Source: an uncultured Chloroflexia bacterium
GTDB taxonomy: Bacteria > Chloroflexota > Limnocylindria > Limnocylindrales > CSP1-4
Direction of reading: 5' to 3'
Assembly: GCA_963715295.1 (NCBI GenBank)
Contig: CAVQRP010000007.1
Span: 37,330-101,329 of the forward strand
DNA: 64,000 nucleotides
Numbering within the stretch: position 1 is the stretch's first letter; each line of letters opens with the position of its first letter. Positions 29,270 through 39,015 of the stretch are shown here, one piece after another. The notes under the pieces were generated by a model. It ran no database searches. It was not told the DNA's origin and saw nothing but the letters and a program-made list of their open reading frames with translations. Position numbers and translations under genes: made by a program.

Positions 29270-30809
29270 ATGGAAGATAGCCACATGGACGAAAGGCTGG
29301 GCGGCCGGTCGACGATCTGGACCCGTCGCCGCTCGCGCCTCGTGGTGGGCGCGTTGATCTTCGCGCTGGCGCCATCGACCGCACTCCCCTTCCTGGTGCC
29401 CGACCTCGCCGCCGTCGCTCGCGCGGACGAGACGTCCGGTCTCTGCGCCGCCAAGCTCGGGCCCTTGCGCCTGGAAGAGGACGCCATGGGCGGTGAGGAC
29501 GGCCCCGGAGGTTGGTCGTGGGTGCGCTGCAGGTATGACGATCCGAGGAAGGGCATCGCCGACTACGCCTCGATCCACGTCACGTGGGTCGAGCCGGGCA
29601 ATCCGAAGCTCGAGTCCGAAATCCACGTGGCGGTACTACTGCCAGACGGGTGACAATCGTGCAGCTGGCCGGCACGACCCTGACGGGTGGGACAAGGTCG
29701 ACTACTCGCTCGTAGGCGAGCGGCACATCGTGGCCTACTGGAGGGCCACCGAGGAGAAGGCCCGCAAACCTGCCAAGAAGCTGGCCGGGCGATTGCATGC
29801 CGCGTTCAAGGACCGTGCCGCCCCGTGTCCGGAGCGTCTGGAGCCGGGGGCGCCGCGGGCGGGCCAGACGGTGACGATCGTGCTGGTGGGCGACCGCGTC
29901 GACGCGCTCAGCGCCGGCGGTGGCGTGGGTGCCGTCATCGACCTCGAGCCCGATGAACGCAATAACCTCGTCGTCTGGGGCAACGGCGAGGTCATCACCG
30001 ACGAATACGTCGGCGCGCGCGGGGTCGTGACCGAGATCGGCCCAGTGGCGACGGGACGGGATGGCGAACGGGCCGTGCTGGTAACGGTCGAGGTCTGGCC
30101 GGATGGCTCGGACGCTGTGCCGGAGCCCGAGGCGACCGCTGTGCCGGAGCCCGAGGCGACCGCTGTGCCGGAGCCCGAGGCGACCGCTGTGCCGGAGCCC
30201 GAGGCGACCGCTGTGCCGGAGCCCGAGGCGACCGCCTGTGCCGGAGCCCGAGGCGACCGCCGTGCCGGAGCCCGAGGCGACCGCCGTGCCGGAGCCCGAG
30301 GCGACCGCCGTGCCGGAGCCCGAAGCGACCGCCGTGCCGGAGCCCGAGCGACCGCCGTGCCGGTGGACGTCGACGGAGTCATCCGCGACATCACCTCACA
30401 GGTGGAGGCTGCCGGGCGTGCCGGAAGTGGGACCGTCGAGGTGAGTGCCGAGGTCATCGCGGGGTTGGCGCGCCTGGTCCCGGACACCGTCACGTGGGTC
30501 CAGCTGCGCGAAGGCAACGCCGAGATCGGCCTCCGGGGTGCCAAGTGGCCGAGCGTCATCCTCGCCCCGCGCATCGACCCGACGACAGGCCAGGTGTCGG
30601 TCGCGGTCGTCGTCGAGGTGAACCTGCCCGTCGTAGGGTCGACGGAGCTGAACGTCAGGCCTCTGCTCGACACGGCCGAGCCGGAGATGTCGAAGCTTCT
30701 GCGTGACGCCGAGGAGGTGATCAACTCGATGGCAGCGGATGTCGGGCTACGGGTCTCCGAGATCAGCATCACGGCCGAGGGCGTGCGAGCGATAGCGTCT
30801 ACCGACTGA
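29270..30809 (+). pseudogene. Repeat-containing membrane-anchored protein with (AVPEPEAT)n array; three frameshifts in this assembly
   Basis: N-terminal TM (LVVGALIFALAPSTALPFLVP). Frame switches at ~29650, and a compensating +1/-1 pair lies inside the tandem repeat. The C-terminal ~150-aa domain has no recognised motif. Confidence 0.55.
30114..30365 (+). repeat. Tandem 24-bp repeat x ~10.4 (GCYGTGCCGGAGCCCGAGGCGACC), encoding AVPEPEAT
   Basis: Ten head-to-tail units. Unit 6 carries +1 C and unit 10 carries -1 G; otherwise only C/T wobble differences. Confidence 0.9.
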
Positions 30810-30955
30810 GGTAGCCCCATGAGACTGGTGCGTCCGACATCGCCTTGATCGCGGGCGGCGCGACTGGCAGCTGACGAGCCCGCCACCGCCCGCTGACGCC
30901 CCGCCAGGGGGCGTAGGGTCTCCCCACGACAACCCCATGAGGTCAGAGTCCCACC

Positions 30956-32087
30956 ATGACGGTCGAGGTCACCAGCAAGCTGACGGGGGAATGGATGACG
31001 CCCCGCCGACGGTTCCTGTCGGCGTTGTTCCGAGGCCACGTCGATCGAGGTGCCGGCCTGCAGCCTGAGCTCTGTCGCGACGGTGGAGCTGATGGACCTC
31101 GTGCGACGCCCCCTTCCCGGAGGCGCACCTCGACCCAGAGATGATGGCGCGCCTCGCCGCCACCTCCCACGAGGTGCTGGGCATGGACACGATCATGCCG
31201 GTGTGGCACTCGCAGCTCGAATCGGACGCCCTGGGCGGCGCCACCGACTGGGCCGCGAAGGACAACTGGCCATCGCCCTCGAAGTTCATGATCAGCCGAG
31301 CCCGACCAGGTCAACGTGCCCGACGACTTCGTCGAGCAGCCCACGATCAGGACCGTCACGGGCGCGATGCGCATCCTCCGCCGCCGCTTCCCTGACGTCG
31401 CCATCGTGGGCAAGGTCTACGGACCCTGGTCGGTCGCCTACCAGATGGTCGGGATCGAACCGTTCCTCATGGATACGATCCTGGATCCTGACAAGGTGCG
31501 CCGCTACCTGGATGCGTTCCTGCCGGCCTGCATCGCAGTCCGCGCACGCCCAGTTCGAGGCCGGTGCTGACGCCGTGATGTGGGCCGACCACACCACCGG
31601 CGACCTGTGCAGCGCGGAGACCTACCGCGACTTCCTGCTCGAGATGCACCAACGGATCACCCAGGAGATCGGTGGGCCCGGCGTCTTCCACTGCTGCGGC
31701 AAGACCATCGACCGCGTGCATCTCTTCGCCAACGCCGGTTGGGACTGCTTCCACTTCGAGTCGCAGGTCGACGCGCGCGAGGCGCGGGCGGCCGCCGGGG
31801 AGCGGATGTCCCTGTTCGGCAACCTCAACAACCCAACGCTCCTGTACAAGGGCACGGCCGACGATGTCTACCAGGCCTGCTGGGATCTCATGGACGCGGG
31901 CGTCGACGGCCTGGCGCCGGAAGGATCCGTGCCACTGATGACGAGGAAGGAGCCACTGCAGGCTATCGCCAGAGCGGCCAGCGATTGGGCCGCCCAGCAT
32001 CGCCATGGTGGTCAGTTCGTGGTGAAAGCGGAGCAGCCTGCTGCCGAGGTCGCCGCCGGCGGGCGAAGGGCGGACGAGAAGACGTAG
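30956..32087 (+). pseudogene. Uroporphyrinogen decarboxylase (URO-D)/MtaA-like family protein, at least 3 frameshifts
   Basis: N-terminus MTVEVTSKLTGEWMTPRRRFLSALFRGHVDRGA, middle IRTVTGAMRILRRRFPDVAIVGKVYGPWSVAYQMVGIEPFLMD and C-terminus AGADAVMWADHTTGDL...FHCCGKT are each in different frames. Confidence 0.6.
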
Positions 32088-32153
32088 GGGTAACAGTCCC
32101 GCCGCCGCAGCGCGGGCTTGCTGGCCCGTGCCTCCGCCCGGGACACTCAGGGC

Positions 32154-33237
32154 CTAGCCGGCGTACCGTCCATGTTCGCGCACCGTCTCGTACAGAGCGA
32201 TGATGTTCTCGAGGGGCGTTTCGGGCAGGACGTAGTCGTGGCTGGGGGACGCGATGTAGCCACCACCCGGCATCATGATGTCGAGCACCTCGCGGGTCCT
32301 GGTCCTCACCAGGTCGGGCGTGCCCTGGATCAGGACGAACTGGGTGTCGATGCAGCCGTTCAGACGATCTTGTCGCCGAACGCAGCCTTGAGCTCGGACG
32401 GGTCCATGCCCCTGGCCGATGGCTGGAGGGCCTGCAGACCATCCAGCCCGATCTCGATCATGGCCGGGATGAGGGGCACGAAGCCGCCGCAGCAGTGCAT
32501 CATCACCTTCAGCCCGTAGTCATGGCCGAGGTCGACCAGCCGCTTCAGGTGCGGCAGGTAGAACCGCCGGAACATGGCTTCGCCCATCAGCGGCCCGTTC
32601 ATGCCGCCGAAGTCGTTGCCGATGAAGAAGATGTCCATGAGGTCGGCGGCGGCGTCGAAGATGCGCTGGCTGACGCCGAAGTAGTAGTCGACGATGTGCC
32701 CGAGCAGGGCATCGACCAGCTCCGGCTCCTCGTACGTCTTGACGATGAGGTTCTCCATGTCGAGCAGGTCGAAGGCGTCGTGCCAGAACGGCGACCAGTC
32801 GCCGCCGAGGATGGCGTACTCGCCCTGCCAGCGCTCGATCTCGGCCCTGATGCCGGACACGCTCATCCAGGCGGGATCGGGCCAGGCGTAGTCGTGGATC
32901 TCGCTCGAGCGTGGCGCCGGCCAAGGGGTGTTCACGGGGCATGCCGTAGCCGTAGCCGTGCCGCTCCACGCCGAACGGCGTCCGATACGTCGAGCCCGGG
33001 GCCAGGTCGGCATCCGGACCGAACTCCGGCGGGCCCGCATAGGTCGCGTACACACGTCGGAAGTCATCACCCAGGAAGACCGACAGCGCTTCGTCATCCT
33101 CCAGTCCCAGGTGATCGATCAACGAGCTGCCGGGTCTCAGGGGCAGCGCCCAGCCATGCCGGCACACGATCCGGTTCCTCGAAGGCGAACGCAGCCAGCA
33201 CGCGTTCCCTGGAAGTCATCGGCCGAGCGTGCGACAT
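32154..33237 (-). pseudogene. Second URO-D/MtaA-like family protein, at least 3 frameshifts
   Basis: AAGGAGG SD plus MSHARPMTSRERVLAAFAFEEPDRVPAW N-terminus. Middle AILGGDWSPFWHDAFDLLDMENLIVK...MHCCGGFVP and C-terminus IMMPGGGYIASPSHDYVLPETPLENIIALYETVREHG are in shifted frames. Confidence 0.6.
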
Positions 33238-33301
33238 TGCGCCTCCTTGCTTCAGAGCATCATCGCCCCGACCTCACGACGTCAGGCCGAGCGGCACCTC
33301 A

Positions 33302-33541
33302 TCACGCAGCCACACGCGAGGCTCCAGCATGCCCGAAGACCTGGGTCACGAACGGCGAGGTCATGGCCCTGACCAGGGCACTGTAGCCCAGGTGGAACCG
33401 GAGCTGGGCTCCCACGAGCGGCGATGTCGACCCGCAATCCAGGACGAGGTGGTCGCTGCTGGCGCCGATGATCGCGGTCCCTGGTGGCGCGACCAGACTG
33501 CTGCAGTCGGTGTCCTGCTCTCCGATCGCGAGGATCGCCTG
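33302..33541 (-). CDS. Small ORF resembling the C-terminal beta-domain of alanine-racemase-fold proteins (possible gene remnant)
   Basis: 79 aa with high GC3 (~85%). SSDHLVLDCG...GAQLRFHLGYSALVRAMTSPFV resembles the racemase C-terminal region. No N-terminal TIM-barrel part is present. Confidence 0.3.
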   Translation of the reverse strand, partial: QAILAIGEQDTDCSSLVAPPGTAIIGASSDHLVLDCGSTSPLVGAQLRFHLGYSALVRAMTSPFVTQVFGHAGASRVAA

Positions 33542-33777
33542 CATCCTCTCTCCGTTGCGCTCGGGTCGCGCAGCCGTGACGAGGGACAGGGCGCGCTCAG
33601 CCACCCGGCCATCCCCGGTCCGAGCAGGCGGGCCTGCTAGGCACGTACTCGGCGGCGATGTAGCATGCATAGGCCAAACAGACGCTGGACAAGCGCGTGA
33701 CACGCGCGAAAAGCATCCAGCCGCGCAGGCAAGCATCCCCGCGCGTCCAGCGAAGGCACTCGTAGAGGAGGTCCAGA

Positions 33778-35073
33778 TGTCAACACCGATCATCCGTGGG
33801 GCGGCCGTGCTCGCTTCGACGGTGGCACTGGTGGCGCTCATGGCGCTACCCGTTGCCACGGCAGCACAGGACGAGAACGCCAAGGTTCGCGTCCTGCATG
33901 GCTCCGGCGATGCCCCGGCCGTCGATGTCTACGCCGGCAAGAACCGCGTCGTGGAAGGCCTCGAGTTCGCCTCCATCACGCCGTACCTGGAGGTTCCCGG
34001 CGGCGAGTACCGCATCCGGGTCGTGCCGGCCGGCGCATCGCTGGAGGAAGGCCCCGTCGTCATCGACGCCAAGCTCGCCTTCGACGGTGGGACCGCGACC
34101 ACCGTGGCCGCCACCGGCAGCCTGGCCGAGGGCATCATCCCGCAGGTCCTGCTCGATGACCCCAGCCCCAGCGTGGAGAACGCTCAGGCTCGCGTCGTCC
34201 ACTTCGCCTACGACGCCCCGGCAGTAGACATCGTGCCCGTCGACGGCGACCCCCTTGTCACCGACCTGGCCTACCCGGACAACTCAGGGTATGCCGACGT
34301 GCCCCCGGGCAGCTACACGCTGGAGGTCCGCGCCGCCGGCAGCCCCGACGCGGTGGTCACGCTACCGCCCCATCGACGTCGCGGCCGGCACCAGTTCGAG
34401 CGCCTTCGCGGTGGGCAGCCTGGAGGCTGGAACCTTCACCGTCGTCCCGGCGCTCGACGCGTCGATCCCGACCACGGCCACGCTGCGGGTGCTGCACGCG
34501 TCGCCCGACGCACCGCCGGTCGACGTCGTCCTCAACGGCGTGCGTGTCTTCGGCAACCTGCCGTTCGGCCAGAGCTCCATCGTACTCACGGTCCCGGTCG
34601 GTGAGAACCAGCTCCAGATCATCCCCTCCGGTGGCTTGCTCGAGGACAGCCCCGTGGTCATCGATGCCACGCTGCCCTTCGAGGGCGGCACGCAGACGAC
34701 CGTCATCGCCAGCAACAGCCTGGAGAACATCGAGGCCACCGTCGTAGCCGACGACCTCGAGACCAAGGCCAAGCGGGCCCAGATCCGGGTGGGCCACCTC
34801 AGCGCCGATGCTCCCAACGTGGACATCGCCCCCGACGGCTCCAAGTCCAAGGACGCCCTGCTCAAGGGCGTCGCCTACGGCACGGTGTCGGACTACCTGA
34901 CCGTCAAGGGCGGCGAGTACGACCTCGATGTTCGGGAACCGGGCACCAGGAACGTCATCGCCGACCTGGCCGCCCTCCAGCTCGAGAAGGGCACGAACTA
35001 CAGCGCCTACGCCATCGGCTCCCCAGCCGACGGCAGCTTCCAGGTCGTGCTGCTGGTGGACGCCACCTCCTAG
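33778..35073 (+). pseudogene. Secreted DUF4397 domain protein (three internal ~105-aa repeats), one frameshift
   Basis: Signal peptide, then three repeats of VRVLHASPDAPAVDVY...GEY...V..AG. Frameshift near 34370. SD GAGGAGG. Confidence 0.7.
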
Positions 35074-35302
35074 CCAGCCACCCTCGAACGCGCCACAGGA
35101 CCCCGGTCGATGGCCGGGGTCCTTGTTTGCCTGGTGCCGGCGTCCAACCGTTGGTCACCGCCCGGTTGGCCGAAACGTCCTAGTGACCCCACACGACCAC
35201 ACGCCCGATGATGCATCAGGCCCGAAGTTCATCCGGGACCGCACTCATCGAACGCCCGTAGCCTGCCTGTCGGGCCACGTACCGGCAACGGAGACAACCG
35301 TC

Positions 35303-36325
35303 GTGATCGATTCCCTCACGGTCCCTCCCGGCACCGCCCACCTGGGCAAGACCGCCGCCGCCCTTGACCTGGGCAGCGCGCGCATCCTGGTAGCCGATCG
35401 CGACGTGATGAGCCATCGCGTGATCGCGTCGATGCTGGAACAAGCGGGCTACGACACCGTCATCCAGTCGGACGGCGCTGCCGTCCTGAACGCCCTCGAG
35501 GCACACGCCATCGATGTGGTGCTGCTCGACATCGGCATCGCCGATGCCGATGGTGGCGACCTGATGCAACGCATCCACCGGGATCGACGCTACGTCGACC
35601 TGCCCATCGTCGTACTCAGCAGCCCCAGCCATCACGATGCCGCGATGGCTTCGCTGGGACGCGGCGCGGACGACGTCATCAGCAAGCCCATCGACCCCCA
35701 CTTCCTGCTGGCACGCATCAAGGCCGCGCTGCGTACTCGGCGAGCCCTCCTGGGCATGGAGGCGGCGCACCAGGTCATCAGCACGCTGGCCAACGAGATG
35801 AACGCGCGCGACACCGACATCCAGCGCCACACCGAGCGCATCGGGAAGTACGCGTCGGAGCTGGGACACCGGCTCGGCCTGTCAGCGGCCGATCTCCACG
35901 CTGTCGCCTACAGCATCCTGCTGCATGATCTGGGTCGCATCGGCATCTCCGAGTCCATCCTGCTCAAGCAGGGACCCCTGACCAACGACGAGCGTGATGC
36001 GGTACGTCGCCACACCGAGATCGGTGAGCGCATCGCCGCGCCACTGCACGGCGCCGACCGCTTCGGGCCCATCATCCGCCACCATCACGAGCGCTGGGAC
36101 GGCATGGGCTACCCGGATGGGCTCGTGGGCGAGCAGATCCCCACCGGCGCACGCATCATCGCCGTCGTCGACGCCTTCGACGCCATGACACAGTACCGAC
36201 CCTACCGCGATGCGCTCTCGATCTCAGAGGCCATCGAGGAGCTGCGCCGTGAGCGCGGTCGCCAGTTCGACGGTCAGCTGGTCGATGAGTTCGTGCGCGT
36301 GATCGAATGGGACGGCTTGGCCTGA
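35303..36325 (+). CDS. Response regulator with HD-GYP phosphodiesterase output domain
   Basis: REC domain (ILVADRD..., D-box) plus HD-GYP motifs HDLGRIGI and HHERWDGMGYP. GTG start with SD GGAGA. Confidence 0.85.
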   Translation: MIDSLTVPPGTAHLGKTAAALDLGSARILVADRDVMSHRVIASMLEQAGYDTVIQSDGAAVLNALEAHAIDVVLLDIGIADADGGDLMQRIHRDRRYVDLPIVVLSSPSHHDAAMASLGRGADDVISKPIDPHFLLARIKAALRTRRALLGMEAAHQVISTLANEMNARDTDIQRHTERIGKYASELGHRLGLSAADLHAVAYSILLHDLGRIGISESILLKQGPLTNDERDAVRRHTEIGERIAAPLHGADRFGPIIRHHHERWDGMGYPDGLVGEQIPTGARIIAVVDAFDAMTQYRPYRDALSISEAIEELRRERGRQFDGQLVDEFVRVIEWDGLA

Positions 36326-36526
36326 TCCGACCCAGCCCCCGGGCCTGAGCGACGCCCCTCGGTCCTCACCTGGTCCCGCGCCAGCGGTGGCCTGGTCCCG
36401 CGCCGGAAGCATGCTATCCTTGTGCTTGGCGCACCCTGCGCCGTTAGCACGCGCGGCAACACTGACTCCCTCTCATCGGCCACGGCGAGATAGTTTCGCT
36501 GGGTCGCTCGAGAAGGAGTCTTTTCA

Positions 36527-36856
36527 ATGGATACGATGACCGACAAGGCGCTGACCTGCGCCGACTGCAACAGTGAGTTCATGTTCACCGCGAGTGAGCA
36601 GGACTTCTACGCTGAGCGACAGTTCAGCGAACCCCGCCGCTGTCCCTCCTGCCGGGCCTCGCGCAAGCTGGCCCGCGGTGGCTCAGGCGATCCCGACCGC
36701 GCCGGGGGCTACTCCGGCGGTGGTGGCTCTCGCGAGATGTTCAGCACCACCTGCTCCAGCTGCGGCCGAGAAGCCCGCGTCCCGTTCCAGCCGACCGGGT
36801 CCAAGCCCGTCTACTGCAGCGATTGCTTCACGTCCCAGCGCCAAAGCTACCGATAA
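36527..36856 (+). CDS. Tandem zinc-ribbon protein (zf-trcl-like, 2 x CxxC...CxxC)
   Basis: CADCNSEFMFTASEQDFYAERQFSEPRRCPSCR and CSSCGREARVPFQPTGSKPVYCSDCF. SD AAGGAG. Confidence 0.75.
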   Translation: MDTMTDKALTCADCNSEFMFTASEQDFYAERQFSEPRRCPSCRASRKLARGGSGDPDRAGGYSGGGGSREMFSTTCSSCGREARVPFQPTGSKPVYCSDCFTSQRQSYR

Positions 36857-36869
36857 GGAGCCGGCGGCC

Positions 36870-37169
36870 ATGTTCTCGCTTACCTCGAACGCCACGACCG
36901 AGCTCAAGGCCGCCCGTATCGCGTCAGGCATCCCGGACACCTGGGGCATCCGCTTCTTCGCGCCCATCGCGGGGAAAGCGGGTGTCACCTTCGCGTTCGT
37001 CGACTCACCCCAGCCGAACGACATCGTGGGTGGCTCGGTCCAGCTCAGAACGTACGTCGCCACCGACGTCAACGAGCGCATCGGTGACGCCACGGTCGAC
37101 TTCAAGACGATCGACGGTCGTCCCAACATGACGATCCGGCCCTACCTCGCGGGTCGCGCCCGCAAGTAG
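36870..37169 (+). CDS. HesB/IscA-like domain protein lacking the C-terminal Cys pair
   Basis: 99 aa, SD AGGAG. HesB-like pattern (LTSNATTELK..., GIRFFAP, TFAFVD, VDFKTIDG), but no CGCG-type ligands. Confidence 0.5.
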   Translation: MFSLTSNATTELKAARIASGIPDTWGIRFFAPIAGKAGVTFAFVDSPQPNDIVGGSVQLRTYVATDVNERIGDATVDFKTIDGRPNMTIRPYLAGRARK

Positions 37170-37227
37170 CTTCGCGCGTCGCCGGAACGCGACCGCCGCG
37201 ACCGCGCGACTGTGGCATCGTGTCCGC

Positions 37228-38313
37228 ATGGACGAGCTGCTAGCGCTGCCCCTTCGACTGCCACCCAACCGCGTGTACCGCTTCTACCGTGGCGGCGCAC
37301 TCATCGACCGCTTCCGTGGCGCGCCCGCGCCCAGGGACGACGTCTTCCCCGAGGACTGGGTCGGCTCGACCACGGCAGCCATCAATCCGCCTGAGCACAC
37401 CTACGCCGGCGAAGGTCTCAGCAGCGTCGACGTCGGCGGGCGCTCCGTGCTGATCTCTGAGCTGCTCCGCGAGCGCCCCGAGGAGGTGGCCGGAGCCGCC
37501 ATCGTCGAGCGCTACGGCCCCACCACGGCCCTGCTGGTCAAGCTCCTGGACGCCGGTTCGCGACTGCCCGTCCACGTCCATCCTACGCGTGACCTGGCGC
37601 GCCAGATCTTCGACTCGCAGTTCGGCAAGGCGGAAGCCTGGGCCATCGTCGCCACGCGCCACATCGAGGGCCAGCTGTCACCACGCGTCTGGCTCGGCTT
37701 CCGCGAGGACGTCTCGCGCGAGCAGCTGCTGGCCTGGATCGAGCAGCAGGACACCGACGCCATCCGGGGCGCCATGAACGAGGTGGAGGTGAAGCCCGGC
37801 GACGCGGTCTTCGTGCGGCCCGGCCTGCTCCACGCCACCGGCGCCGGTGTCTTCCTCGTCGAGGCCCAGGAGCCGACCGACTTCTCCATCGTGGCCGAGT
37901 ACAAGGGCTACCCCATCGCGCCCGACGAGGCCCACATGTTCCAGGGCTGGGAGACGATGATCGACATCATCGACCGCGGCATCGTCGATGCCGCCGAGCT
38001 GGATCGGCTCATGCCGACACCGCGACGTGTGGCCGGCAACGACACCGAAGGCTGGTCCGAAGACGATGTCTGGGGCGCGCAGAGCGACCCCTACTTCAAG
38101 GCCTTCAGGCTCGTCGTCGATGGCGCTGTGGCGTGGCCGCATGCGGGCGTCTACTCGGTCGTCATCGTGACCGAGGGCGCGGGCGTGGCCGAGACCGCAC
38201 ACGGGAGCCTGGAACTCCGAGCCGGTGACACGTTCGCGATGCTGGCGGCCACGGTACCGACCACCATCAGCGGCAACCTGCAGCTGCTGGTGACCACACC
38301 CTCCTTCGCCTAG
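37228..38313 (+). CDS. Mannose-6-phosphate isomerase, type I (cupin)
   Basis: PMI-I motifs: LVKLLDAGSRLPVHVHP, AEAWAIV, VFVRPGLLHATGAGVFLVEAQEPTD. Confidence 0.8.
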   Translation: MDELLALPLRLPPNRVYRFYRGGALIDRFRGAPAPRDDVFPEDWVGSTTAAINPPEHTYAGEGLSSVDVGGRSVLISELLRERPEEVAGAAIVERYGPTTALLVKLLDAGSRLPVHVHPTRDLARQIFDSQFGKAEAWAIVATRHIEGQLSPRVWLGFREDVSREQLLAWIEQQDTDAIRGAMNEVEVKPGDAVFVRPGLLHATGAGVFLVEAQEPTDFSIVAEYKGYPIAPDEAHMFQGWETMIDIIDRGIVDAAELDRLMPTPRRVAGNDTEGWSEDDVWGAQSDPYFKAFRLVVDGAVAWPHAGVYSVVIVTEGAGVAETAHGSLELRAGDTFAMLAATVPTTISGNLQLLVTTPSFA

Positions 38314-38424
38314 TTCCCGACGCCGCCGGTACCTGCCGGTAGTACGGCCGGCGTGGGTGAGGTGCGGTGGTTCCATGACCAAAGGGTTAGTACGACGGTC
38401 GCCTTCGGCCCGCTACAGTCACCA

Positions 38425-38989
38425 CATGGCTGAGCGGACGCTGTACGAAGTGCTGATGCTGCATCCGACCGCGACGATCGAGGTGATCAACGCGGTCTAT
38501 CGCGCACTGGCCAAGCAGCACCATCCTGACTACGCGGGGCCCGAGGGCGCCACCATGATGGCGCAGATCAATGAGGCCTACGCCATCCTCAGCAACCCGG
38601 AGAAACGCACCCGCTACGACGAGATCATCGGCAAGTCGAAGGATGGCCAGCTGGTGGGTCATGCGCGCCAGTCGATGCCCGGCGCCACCAACCTCAAGTA
38701 CGAGGGTGGTTCCTGGGCCGTGCGTCCCAAGACCGAGCCCACGCCGGCGTCAGCCTCATATGGCGAAGCCGGTCCCCCTCCGGCCTATCCACCGGCCTCC
38801 GGGAGCGTGCTCTCCTTCGGTCGCTACCGCGGGTGGGCGCTGGCGCAGGTGGCCGCCTACGACCGCAACTATGTCGAATGGCTGAGCCGCACCATGGCCG
38901 GCCGCACGTACACACACGAGCTCAAGCGGGTCTTGAGCCAGGTCAGCCAGCAGCCGCAGCAGTACCAGTCCTCGGCCTCGAGTCGCTAG
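38425..38989 (+). CDS. J-domain (DnaJ-like) protein
   Basis: YEVLMLHPTATIEVINAVYRALAKQHHPDY J-domain with HPD. C-terminal domain unknown. Confidence 0.7.
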
Positions 38990-39015
38990 GACCGCGGCGC
39001 GAGCTGCGCCAGGCG

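Noticed and set aside
30114-30365. Possible CRISPR array (regular 24-bp repeats)
   Set aside because: The units are head-to-tail with no spacers, lie inside an ORF, and translate to AVPEPEAT. This is a coding tandem repeat, not CRISPR.
33302-33883. Full 193-aa extent of this minus-strand ORF
   Set aside because: Only the last 79 aa (33302..33541) have coding-like GC3 and racemase-like motifs. The upstream part is antisense to the DUF4397 promoter and start.
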